From Fibrobacterota bacterium (GTDB taxonomy: Bacteria > Fibrobacterota > Fibrobacteria > UBA11236): a DNA stretch of 32,000 nucleotides. The stretch covers positions 1 through 32,000 of the forward strand of contig JAQBPN010000060.1 of NCBI GenBank assembly GCA_028287505.1, read 5' to 3'. The notes under the pieces were generated by a model. That model did no database searches. It saw only the letters and a list, made by a program, of their open reading frames with translations, and was not told the DNA's origin. Numbering within the stretch: the first letter of the stretch is position 1; each line of letters starts with the position of its first letter. A program made the position numbers and the translations under genes. Below are positions 17,319-25,427 of the stretch, piece by piece.

Positions 17319-19028
17319 ATGAAGAAGAGCAAGTTCTACTACGCTACCGTGGCAATCCTCATCGCGGGATTCGCCTTCATCAGCAACCGTGTCCAGGCCG
17401 GAGGAGAGAAATTCTACTCCGACCTGATCCGCCTTGACAAGGTGGTCACGAAAATCAATGAGAACTATGTCGAGGACGTGTCCTCGGAGGAATTGGTGGA
17501 CGCGGCGATCGGCGGCATCCGTTCCATCCTCGATCCCCACACGGCCTATTTCACTCCCAAGGATTATGAAGACCTGAAGGTCAACACGGAAGGCGAGTTC
17601 GGGGGATTGGGGATCCAGATCGGAATCCGCGATCAGATCCTGACCGTGGTCTCCCCCTTGGCCGGAACCCCGGCTCATCGCATGGGATTGCAGGCCGGCG
17701 ACAAGATCATCCGCATCGATACCATCAGCACCCAGGGCATCAGCATCGACGACGCCGTGGAGAAGCTGCGCGGAAAGCCCGGCTCTCCGGTGAAGATCCA
17801 GATCCTGCGCGAAGGCATGCTGGAGCCGATGGAATTCAACATCGTGCGCGAAGTCATCAAGATCGAAAGCGTGCCGTATGGCGCCATGATCAACGATTCG
17901 GTGGGCTACATCAAGATCACCCAGTTCGCCAAGCGGACCTCGGAAGACCTGGAAGCCCGCATCAACGAGCTCAAGAAGAAGGATATGAAATCCCTGATCA
18001 TCGACTTGCGGGTCAATCCGGGAGGATTGCTGAACCAGGCCATATCGGTGTCGGAGCTTTTCCTGGACAAGAACCAGATGGTGGTGTATACCAAGGGCCG
18101 GGTCAAGTCCCAGAACCAGGAATACCACAGCCGCCGGAATCCCATCTGGACCAAGAAAATGGTCGTGCTCGTGAACGAGAATTCCGCTTCGGCTTCGGAA
18201 ATCGTGGCCGGCGCCATCCAGGATTGGGATCGCGGCATCGTACTGGGGGAAACCTCCTTCGGCAAGGGTTCGGTGCAGACCATCCTTCCCCTGGACGGCC
18301 AGCAGAACACGCTCAAGCTCACCACCGCCTACTATTACACGCCCGCCGGCCGCTGCATCAACAAACCTGAGAATGCGGTGCGCTTCAAGCTCAAGGCGGC
18401 CGCCAACGATTCCACCAAGAAGGATACGGCTTTCTTTTACACCAAGGCGGGCCGCAAAGTGCTGGCCGGAGGCGGCATCACCCCGGACGTCATCCTGCCC
18501 GGCCGCAAATACACCCGCTTTTCCACGGAGCTGCTCCGCAAGACCATGTTCTTCAACTACGTGATCAAGAAGCGCTTCGAGATCAACAAGAAGACCAAGA
18601 TCACCCCGGACTTCGTGGTGACCAAGGATATCGTCGACGATTTCAAGAAGTTCGTCTACGCGGACACCACCTTCACCAAGTTCAAGAGCGCGTCCATCAT
18701 CGCCCTGGACAACTTCCGTGAAATCGTGAAAAAGGAGCGCGTCGAGCGCGGCGACACCCTGCCCGGCGACAAGGACAAGGTCGAGGTGGAAGGCGCCACC
18801 GCCGCACTGGAATCGGTGCTTCGCGCCGAGACCGAAAAGGAGTTCGAGAAGAACATGGACTACATCACCTATCAGTTGAAGGCGGAACTCCTGGGCGCGG
18901 CCCTGGGAGAGGATGCCCGCACGGCGTTCGAACTGAAGAACGACAACCAGGTGATTGAGGCCAACCGCTATCTCGCCGACCACAAGCTTTTCGCCAGGGC
19001 CTTCAAGAAGGCCAAGGACAAGGGCTGA
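17319..19028 (+). CDS. ctpA: S41 family C-terminal processing (tail-specific) peptidase with PDZ domain and long C-terminal extension
   Basis: 569 aa from ATG 17319 (AAGGA SD). N-terminal anchor/signal ATVAILIAGFAFI, PDZ (GGLGIQIG...VVSPLAGTPAHRMGLQAGDKIIRID), and catalytic blocks LIIDLRVNPGGLL, VLVNENSASASEIVAGAIQD and GETSFGKGSVQT. Confidence 0.93.
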   Translation: MKKSKFYYATVAILIAGFAFISNRVQAGGEKFYSDLIRLDKVVTKINENYVEDVSSEELVDAAIGGIRSILDPHTAYFTPKDYEDLKVNTEGEFGGLGIQIGIRDQILTVVSPLAGTPAHRMGLQAGDKIIRIDTISTQGISIDDAVEKLRGKPGSPVKIQILREGMLEPMEFNIVREVIKIESVPYGAMINDSVGYIKITQFAKRTSEDLEARINELKKKDMKSLIIDLRVNPGGLLNQAISVSELFLDKNQMVVYTKGRVKSQNQEYHSRRNPIWTKKMVVLVNENSASASEIVAGAIQDWDRGIVLGETSFGKGSVQTILPLDGQQNTLKLTTAYYYTPAGRCINKPENAVRFKLKAAANDSTKKDTAFFYTKAGRKVLAGGGITPDVILPGRKYTRFSTELLRKTMFFNYVIKKRFEINKKTKITPDFVVTKDIVDDFKKFVYADTTFTKFKSASIIALDNFREIVKKERVERGDTLPGDKDKVEVEGATAALESVLRAETEKEFEKNMDYITYQLKAELLGAALGEDARTAFELKNDNQVIEANRYLADHKLFARAFKKAKDKG

Positions 19029-19066
19029 AAGCGCTTGTCCCGGCAAGGGCTGAAAGCCTTTGTCCC
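19019..19066. repeat. Tandem duplication, 25-nt period (caagggctgaaagcgcttgtccc / caagggctgaaagcctttgtccc), spanning the ctpA stop codon
   Basis: Two 23-nt copies (19019-19041 and 19044-19066) with 2 mismatches. The first copy contains the ctpA TGA (19026-19028). Confidence 0.85.
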
Positions 19067-19096
19067 CCCGGGGACTGACACGCTTCCACCGTTCCC

Positions 19097-20383
19097 ATGC
19101 GCATCCTGACCCTGGGCGGCAAGATGCTTTCCGACCCGCTGCGGGACCGGGGCCATGAGGTCCTGTCCATGGGTCCTCCCGGTACCGTACTCCACGTCCT
19201 CGATCGGGAAACGGATTTCCTCCGCTCCCCGGAAGAGGCGCGCGCGGCCATCCGCGAATCGGCCGAATCCTTCAATCCCGATTGGATCCTCCAGGTGGAC
19301 GACTCCAATCCGCTGCCGCATCTGGGCCTGGAATCGCTTCCGGTCCCCAAGGCCTGGTACGCCGTGGACTCCCATCTGCATTGGGAATGGCATCGGCACT
19401 ACGCTCCGGTTTTCGATCTCGTCTTCTGCGCCCAACAGAACCGGGTCCCGGCCCTGAGCGTTTTCCGGGGCAAGGTCGAATGGCTTCCGCTCGCCTTCAC
19501 CGATGAGCCCGTGTTCCTTCCCTGGAGCGGCCGGGAGCATGATGCATCCTTCGTCGGCACCTTGGATCCCGCGCTCAACCCGGCGCGCATCGCGCTGCTG
19601 GACGGGCTCCGATCCCTGGGCCGGCCGGTGCATGCCGTGCAAGGTTCCACCAAGCCGGTCTACAGCGCCTCGCGCCTGGTGATCAACCAATCCGCCCACG
19701 ACGATCTCAACTTCCGCGTCTTCGAGGCCATGGGCTATGGAGCGCTGCTGGTGACGGACCGCATCTCCCATTCGCTCGGGGAAATCGCGGAACCGGAAAA
19801 GGATTTCCTGGTCTATGCGCCCGGCGATGCCGCGGACCTGCACGCCAAGGTGGAATGGGCCCTGGGGCATCCCTCCGAGGCGGAAGCCATGGCGCGCCGG
19901 GGCCATGCCAAGGTATCGGCGCGGCACATGATGTCCCACCGCATTGACCGCATCGCCGAGGTCATGGCCGGTCCGCTTCCGATCCCGTCGCCGCGGGGCC
20001 ATGTCCTGGCCCACCTGGCCGCCGCCCACGAGCACTTGTCGCGGCTGGCCCTGCCCGGACCGCTGGTGGAGTTCTTCGCCGCCGAGGCGCGGCGGCATGC
20101 TTCGGCCGCCCTGGACGCGTCCCCGGGGGAACCTTACGCTTTGCTGACGCTGGCGCAACTCGATCTGGAGCAGGGGGCCCACGGGCCCGCTCTCGCCTGG
20201 CTGGAGACGGACGGGGCCGGGGAGGGAGGGGAGGGGTATCGCCAACGTTACGCTTTCCTGAAGGCTTTGCTGCTGGCCCATGCGGGCCGCATGGCGGAGG
20301 CCCGTCAGACCGTCCTGGCGGGCCTCCGGGCCTTTCCCCTCGACGCCGATCTTCTCAAGCTCGCGGCGGCCGTGGGCCGGTGA
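19097..20383 (+). CDS. CgeB-like glycosyltransferase (DUF3880 + Glyco_trans_1_2-type C-terminal domain) with helical-repeat tail
   Basis: 428 aa. MRILTLGG...PDWILQVD...AWYAVDSHLH...FDLVFCAQ, then ASFVGTL...NFRVFEAMGYGALLVTD...DFLVYAPGDAADLHAKVEWALGHPSEAEAMARRGHAKV, matching the recalled CgeB-family pattern. The C-terminal ~130 aa is TPR-like. Confidence 0.7.
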   Translation: MRILTLGGKMLSDPLRDRGHEVLSMGPPGTVLHVLDRETDFLRSPEEARAAIRESAESFNPDWILQVDDSNPLPHLGLESLPVPKAWYAVDSHLHWEWHRHYAPVFDLVFCAQQNRVPALSVFRGKVEWLPLAFTDEPVFLPWSGREHDASFVGTLDPALNPARIALLDGLRSLGRPVHAVQGSTKPVYSASRLVINQSAHDDLNFRVFEAMGYGALLVTDRISHSLGEIAEPEKDFLVYAPGDAADLHAKVEWALGHPSEAEAMARRGHAKVSARHMMSHRIDRIAEVMAGPLPIPSPRGHVLAHLAAAHEHLSRLALPGPLVEFFAAEARRHASAALDASPGEPYALLTLAQLDLEQGAHGPALAWLETDGAGEGGEGYRQRYAFLKALLLAHAGRMAEARQTVLAGLRAFPLDADLLKLAAAVGR

Positions 20384-20395
20384 CGGCCCGCCGGT

Positions 20396-21259
20396 TCACT
20401 TTTCCCCGGTGACGGTTTCGTAGGCCTTGCCGGCGTTGACGCCCTGCTTGGCCGCACCGGCCTGGGCGCCGGCCGTGCCGGCTGCACCCGCTGTACCAGG
20501 ATTGGCCGAGGTCTTGGCTCCGGCGGTTTTCTTGGGCAGGCCGCGGTGTTCGACGACCTTGCCTTCGCCGGTCAGATTGTAATTCAGCTTGGAAGGCGCG
20601 CCCCACCATTCCACCCGGCCGGAACCCGTCAAATCCAGATTGAATACGGATTGGTAATCCAAATCGAGGTAGACTTCGCCGGAACCGCTCAGGTTCACGT
20701 CCGCATCCCCGGAGAGGAGGTTTTCCCCGTGGATGGCCCCGTTCCCGCGCAGGTCTGCTTCCAGCAGGGAGGCATAACCTTCCATCACGATGCTGCCCGA
20801 TCCGTTCAGGTTTGCGGTGAGACGAGAAGCGGTACCCGAGTAACGGATTTCCCCGCCGCCGTTCAGGGTGAGGGTCACTTCCGGAAAATTCCCGTCCTCC
20901 TGGATTTCCACAAGACCGTTGCCGTTATGGGTCAGGCCCCGGAGCTCCGGGACGATGAGGGTGATTTCCGGTTCCACGGTCGGCTGGATTCCGGAGGACA
21001 TGCCGATGGTGAGCGTGCCCCCGTAGGCGTCGGTCTGGAAATAACCCGTCAGGTTGGCGTCCGAGGTGACGTAAGCGGAGTAGGCGGGACCGGTTTTCAC
21101 AATCACATGTACCGGAGCTTCCAAACGCACGCGATCGAAGGACGGCAAGGTGCGGATTTCCGTGGCGGCAACGCCGTTGCCCTGCTCCCATTGGAAGTCC
21201 ACCACCATGCAGGAAGAAAGGAGAAGGGGAAGGGTTGCCAAGGTCAGCCAGGTTTTCAT
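20396..21259 (-). CDS. DUF2807 / head-GIN-domain lipoprotein
   Basis: 287 aa from ATG 21259 (AAGGA SD 7 nt upstream). Lipoprotein signal MKTWLTLATLPLLLSSC. GNGVAATEIRTLPSFDRVRLEAPVHVIVKTGPAYSAYVTSDANL...GTLTIGM, followed by repeated G-x-G beta-helix-like strands. Low-complexity Ala/Gly/Lys tail. Confidence 0.75.
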   Translation of the reverse strand: MKTWLTLATLPLLLSSCMVVDFQWEQGNGVAATEIRTLPSFDRVRLEAPVHVIVKTGPAYSAYVTSDANLTGYFQTDAYGGTLTIGMSSGIQPTVEPEITLIVPELRGLTHNGNGLVEIQEDGNFPEVTLTLNGGGEIRYSGTASRLTANLNGSGSIVMEGYASLLEADLRGNGAIHGENLLSGDADVNLSGSGEVYLDLDYQSVFNLDLTGSGRVEWWGAPSKLNYNLTGEGKVVEHRGLPKKTAGAKTSANPGTAGAAGTAGAQAGAAKQGVNAGKAYETVTGEK

Positions 21260-21476
21260 CGGAGTTTCCTTTCCGGAATCCCGGCCCGGCCATTGTGGCC
21301 GGGCAAGGTGTCCCGTCGTCGCTGGCTTGTTATTAATCAAAAGGCGGGCCAAACACGTCCCGTTCAAAAAGCCCCTGAATCTTCGGGAAATCGCGATGCC
21401 GGGCGCGTTCCCGTCCGATTCCCCGTCCAGGGCGTGGACAAGCGCTGTCCAGGAATTGGAAGATTAGCCGGTCCCC

Positions 21477-22823
21477 ATGCGCCCAAAACCAACCTCGCCC
21501 GTACCCTGGGGGCAACCCCTCAAATTGCTCCCCTTGCTTGCGTTTTTCGCGGTCGCGGCCGTGCTCCAATCCAAAGGCGAGTTCGAAGGCGATGGGTGGC
21601 GGTATCTCCAGAACGCCCGCAATCTCCTGCACGGTTTTTTCGCTTCCCCGGAAACCCTGATGTTCTGGAACGGTCCCGGATACCCCTTGGTGCTCACTCC
21701 GTTCCTGGCTTTCCACATCCCGCTTCCCCTTGCGCATTTGGCCAATGCCGTGTTCCTGTACCTGGCCGTGGTGCATTTCCAGGGGACGCTCAGGCTGGCC
21801 GGCGTGGAAAAGCGGAGCCTGGCGTACGCTTACGCCATGGCGGGCCTGTTGTTCCTGCATGGGCCGCTCTTGGGAATGATCATGACGGAATCGCTTTCGG
21901 CCTATCTGGTTTGCGGAGCGGCCTACCATTATTGCCGCGCGGCGCGGGAACCGGGATCCCGGCCGCACCTGATCCTGGCCGGGTTACATCTGGGTTACCT
22001 GGCGTTGACCAAGGTCTTCTTCGGATACGTGCTGGAAGTTTCCATTCCCATCGCCCTGGGAGCCTGGCTCTGGGCCCGCGGGACAAACAAGGGGACCGTA
22101 AATGATGGGGCCGGAAATGAAAAGGCCGGGTCAGGGGACGCCGGGCGGACGGCGTGGACGGCGGGAGCGGTCTGCGCCCTGGGGCTGCTGGTCTGCGCGC
22201 CCTACCTGGCCCACACCTGGGCCAAGACGGGCAAGGCCAACCTATGGGGCAATGCCGGCGGGTTCCAGCTTTATTACATGTCCCTGCCGGAAAAGGAATA
22301 CTACGGGGACTGGCTGAACTTCGAAGCGGTGCTGGAGCATCCGGAGTATTTCCGCAACCACGTGGACTTTCTCCGCGAAACCCTCAAATTGGACTTCGTC
22401 TCCCAGGACGGCGTGTTCAAGCAGGCCGCCGTCCGCAACTGCCGGGAGCATCCGGGCAAATGCATCCTCAATTGGCGCGCCAACGTGAACCGCATGGTCT
22501 TCGGTTTTCCCAATACCTATTACCCCGGATCGGGCGCGGACCTGGCGACGGGAAACCGCGCATTCGTGTACGCCTTTCCGTTCGCCCTGTGCCTGCTGCT
22601 TGCCGTGCCGGGCTGGCTGGGACGCCGGACGCTCCCGGCATGGATTCATGCCTGTCTGGCCTTTGCCTGCATTTCCCTGGGAGGCATGTCCCTGGTGTGC
22701 GCCATCCCGCGGCAGGTGTTTCCCTTATTGCCCATGCTGGGGCTGTGGTGCGCGGTGGTAGTGGATAGGACTATCCGGTTCCAGGTGGGCGGGACCGGAG
22801 ACGGGGCAGCGGAGCCCGGTTAG
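21477..22823 (+). CDS. Polytopic membrane protein, GT-C fold glycosyltransferase-like (ArnT/PMT_2-like)
   Basis: 448 aa with about 10 hydrophobic segments. The first extracytoplasmic loop has an acidic motif followed by a helix (EFEGDGWRYLQNARNLLHG), as in the GT-C first loop. The assignment is by pattern only. Confidence 0.55.
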   Translation: MRPKPTSPVPWGQPLKLLPLLAFFAVAAVLQSKGEFEGDGWRYLQNARNLLHGFFASPETLMFWNGPGYPLVLTPFLAFHIPLPLAHLANAVFLYLAVVHFQGTLRLAGVEKRSLAYAYAMAGLLFLHGPLLGMIMTESLSAYLVCGAAYHYCRAAREPGSRPHLILAGLHLGYLALTKVFFGYVLEVSIPIALGAWLWARGTNKGTVNDGAGNEKAGSGDAGRTAWTAGAVCALGLLVCAPYLAHTWAKTGKANLWGNAGGFQLYYMSLPEKEYYGDWLNFEAVLEHPEYFRNHVDFLRETLKLDFVSQDGVFKQAAVRNCREHPGKCILNWRANVNRMVFGFPNTYYPGSGADLATGNRAFVYAFPFALCLLLAVPGWLGRRTLPAWIHACLAFACISLGGMSLVCAIPRQVFPLLPMLGLWCAVVVDRTIRFQVGGTGDGAAEPG

Positions 22824-22863
22824 GGCCCGGGGCCCGAAGCAGGCCCTTCCGGGAATTCGGATT

Positions 22864-23046
22864 TCAGGCTTGGATATCGATTTTGCCGCCCACGCCGGGA
22901 GGGCTGGGAGGCGGCGCGGGTGGGGGCAGGGCCGCCAGCAACTGCGCGCTCTGCTGCTTCATCAGGTCTTGGGATTTTTTAAGCATGGCCACATCAATGG
23001 CCGAATCACCGCTCTGGGCACCGCTGACTGCTGCTATTCCGTCCAT
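22864..23046 (-). CDS. YjfB-like small putative motility protein
   Basis: 60 aa from ATG 23046: MDGIAAVSGAQSGDSAIDVAMLKKSQDLMKQQSAQLLAAL...GVGGKIDIQA. This fits the YjfB_motility pattern (MDI..ls...sq.q.....v.vmKKa.d.q......ll..l....G..iDi.A). Upstream in-frame starts at 23058 and 23070 are possible. Confidence 0.6.
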   Translation of the reverse strand: MDGIAAVSGAQSGDSAIDVAMLKKSQDLMKQQSAQLLAALPPPAPPPSPPGVGGKIDIQA

Positions 23047-23146
23047 GGTTGAAAGCATAAAGGGTGGCACCTCCGGAAGGCAAGAACCCGTGTCCCGACC
23101 GGGCCCCGGCGGCTGGATTTAGCGGTCCAGTTTGTACATTTGAGGC

Positions 23147-24460
23147 ATGGCCAAAAAGTTCATCATCGAGGGCGGACGCTATCTGAAAGGCGAAATCCGC
23201 ATCCGGGGCGCCAAAAACGCGGTCACCAAGCAGATGGTGGCGGCCCTGCTGGCTCCGGGAAAATCCGTTCTTCACAACGTTCCGGAAATCGGGGACGTGG
23301 AGATCACCAAGCAAATCCTCGCTTCCATCGGATGCGTCATCACCCACCAGAAGGAAGCGGGAATCCTGGAGATCGACGCCACCAATCTCACCACCCAGGT
23401 GGTGCCCCAGGAATACTCCGGCCTCAACCGCATTCCCATCCTCCTGGCCGGCGTGCTCCTCCACCGTTTCGGCCAGGCGGAAATCCCCATGATGGGCGGC
23501 TGCGATATCGGTCCGCGTCCGGTGGATTTCCATCTGGAGGGCTTCCGCACCCTGGGGGCCCATATCGAATATGAAAAGGGCGCCTACCATTTCCGCGCCA
23601 AACGCCTTTCCGGAGCGCGCATCACCCTGCCTTTCCCCAGCGTGGGGGCCACGGAAAACCTGATGATGGCTGCGGCCACGGCGCAGGGCACCACCGAGAT
23701 CCGCAATGCCGCCATCGAACCGGAAATCGTGGACCTGGCCCTCTTCCTGCAATCCATGGGCGCCATCATCACCCAGGAGACGGACCGCACCTGGATCATC
23801 CAGGGCGTGGAAGAACTGCACGCGGCCCAGCATCGCGTCATCAACGATCGCATCGAAGCGGCCTCCTTCGCGGTCTCCGCCATCGCCACGCGCGGGGACG
23901 TGCTCATCCGCGGCGCGGATCAATTGCACATGCTCACCTTCCTGAATTGGCTGCGCAAGGCCGGAGGGGAATTCGAAACCGTCGAGGACGGCATCCGCTT
24001 TTTCGGCGTGAACTCCAAACTGAAACCCATCGCGGTGGAGACCGGCGTGCATCCCGGCCTGATGACCGATTGGCAGCAGCCGCTGGTGATTCTGCTCACC
24101 CAGGCGGAAGGCATGTCCGTCATCCATGAAACCGTCTACGAAAACCGTTTCGGCTATGCGGAAACCCTGAACCGCATGGGCGCTCGCATCCAGCTCTACA
24201 ACGAGTGCCTGGGCGGCCGCGACTGCCGTTTCCGCAATTCCGGCCACAAGCATTCCGCCATCATCCAGGGACCCACGCCCCTAAAGGGCGCCAGCATCGA
24301 GATTCCCGATTTGCGCGCCGGATTTTCCTATCTGGTGGCCGCGGTGCTGGCCAAGGGCAGGACGGAAATCTCAGGCGTGAACTACATCGAACGCGGTTAC
24401 GATCGCGTGGTGGAAAAATTCCGCCAATTGGGGGTGCCCATCTCCGTCGTAGAGGATTAG
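23147..24460 (+). CDS. murA: UDP-N-acetylglucosamine 1-carboxyvinyltransferase MurA
   Basis: 437 aa. MAKKFIIEGGRYLKGEIRIRGAKNAVTKQMVAALLA...LHNVPEIGDV. Active-site loop GGCDIGPRPVDFHL retains the Cys, consistent with the fosfomycin-target type. C-terminal DLRAGFSYLVAAVLAKG. Confidence 0.97.
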   Translation: MAKKFIIEGGRYLKGEIRIRGAKNAVTKQMVAALLAPGKSVLHNVPEIGDVEITKQILASIGCVITHQKEAGILEIDATNLTTQVVPQEYSGLNRIPILLAGVLLHRFGQAEIPMMGGCDIGPRPVDFHLEGFRTLGAHIEYEKGAYHFRAKRLSGARITLPFPSVGATENLMMAAATAQGTTEIRNAAIEPEIVDLALFLQSMGAIITQETDRTWIIQGVEELHAAQHRVINDRIEAASFAVSAIATRGDVLIRGADQLHMLTFLNWLRKAGGEFETVEDGIRFFGVNSKLKPIAVETGVHPGLMTDWQQPLVILLTQAEGMSVIHETVYENRFGYAETLNRMGARIQLYNECLGGRDCRFRNSGHKHSAIIQGPTPLKGASIEIPDLRAGFSYLVAAVLAKGRTEISGVNYIERGYDRVVEKFRQLGVPISVVED

Positions 24461-24472
24461 AATAGAAGGGCC

Positions 24473-25423
24473 ATGACAAAATCCTTCTGCTTCCTATCGA
24501 AAAAAGGCGGAGTGGGGAAGACCACTTTTTCCCTCAACTGCGCCCATGCCCTGGCTTTCTCCCGCTTCCGCACCCTGCTGGTGGACATGGACGGCCAGGC
24601 CAATCTCACCCGGCATCTGCTCAAGGGAGCCGGAAACTCCGGCGACGCCCCGACCGCGCCCGGAAGCGCGGTCCCGGCCGGCTATCCCGACATCTCCCAG
24701 GTTCTGCTCAAGCGCTGCGCTCCCCACGAGGCCATCCTGACCACCGGCTACGAAAACCTGGATCTGTTGGCCGGAAGCACCAGCCTGGACGATCTGCCCA
24801 TCCTGGACGCAAGGCTCATCCGCGAGCCGGCCCGCTTCAAGCTCATCCTGCAGGAGCTGGCCCCGGATTATGATTTCATCCTGGTCGACTGTCCGCCCAT
24901 CGTCAACTGGCTCACGCGCATGGTGCTGTTCGCGGTGGAGGGCGTGATCGTCCCCATCCAGGCGGAGCCGTACGCGATGCAGGGCCTGCAGGATCTGGTT
25001 CCCATGCTGGACAAGATGACGGCGACGGCGCAGTTGTACAAGATCGTGGTCAACATGTACCGGTCCAACACGCAGTTGCACCAGAACATCCTCAGGGAAA
25101 TCAGCGAGGAATTCCCCGGCCGCATCGCCAAGCAGACCATCCGCCAGACCATCCAGCTGGCCGAGGCGGCCAGGGAAGGCTTGAGCATTTTCGAATACGC
25201 CCCGGCTTCCATCGGCGCCTTGGATCTCTATGCCTTATGCTGGGAGCTGTTCGAGCTTTCGCCGGAAAAGGTGAAGATGAACGTGCAGGCGCGGGGCGAA
25301 GCCGCCGGAGCGCCCGCAATCGCGCCCGTGGAAGCCGAGCCGCCCTTTTCCAGCCCAACCTTGGAACCCATCCAGGAAGCACCCGCGCATCGGGAAACCG
25401 CGGCGGCAGGGGATTCCGCTTAA
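24473..25423 (+). CDS. Orphan ParA/Soj-family (deviant Walker A) ATPase with Ala/Pro-rich C-terminal extension
   Basis: 316 aa. FLSKKGGVGKTTFSLNCAHALA (KGGxxGKT), LLVDMDGQANLT and DFILVDCPP. Starts 12 nt after the murA stop. No parB-like gene in the window. Confidence 0.88.
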   Translation: MTKSFCFLSKKGGVGKTTFSLNCAHALAFSRFRTLLVDMDGQANLTRHLLKGAGNSGDAPTAPGSAVPAGYPDISQVLLKRCAPHEAILTTGYENLDLLAGSTSLDDLPILDARLIREPARFKLILQELAPDYDFILVDCPPIVNWLTRMVLFAVEGVIVPIQAEPYAMQGLQDLVPMLDKMTATAQLYKIVVNMYRSNTQLHQNILREISEEFPGRIAKQTIRQTIQLAEAAREGLSIFEYAPASIGALDLYALCWELFELSPEKVKMNVQARGEAAGAPAIAPVEAEPPFSSPTLEPIQEAPAHRETAAAGDSA

Positions 25424-25427
25424 GACT

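Noticed and set aside
17307-20281. 579-aa and 437-aa minus-strand ORFs antisense to ctpA and the CgeB-like gene
   Set aside because: Shadow ORFs with low-complexity products. The sense strands carry S41 catalytic motifs and glycosyltransferase motifs.
19021-21445. 11-mer GGACAAGCGCT shared between the ctpA 3' repeat (reverse complement of 19031-19041) and the operator-like inverted repeat upstream of the GT-C gene (21436-21446)
   Set aside because: Hundreds of 11-mer coincidences are expected by chance in 32 kb on two strands.
20546-22105. 519-aa plus-strand ORF running antisense through the DUF2807 gene, across the intergenic region and out of frame into the GT-C gene
   Set aside because: It crosses a divergent promoter region. 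The product is R/G/P-rich, and both overlapped genes have better-supported frames with signal peptides or TM helices.
17187-23140. Shared 10-mer TTTGTACATT upstream of ctpA (17187-17196) and murA (23131-23140)
   Set aside because: The positions relative to the start codons differ greatly (about 120 nt versus 6 nt). A single shared 10-mer between AT-richer intergenic patches is only marginally unexpected, so it is not called as a regulon motif.
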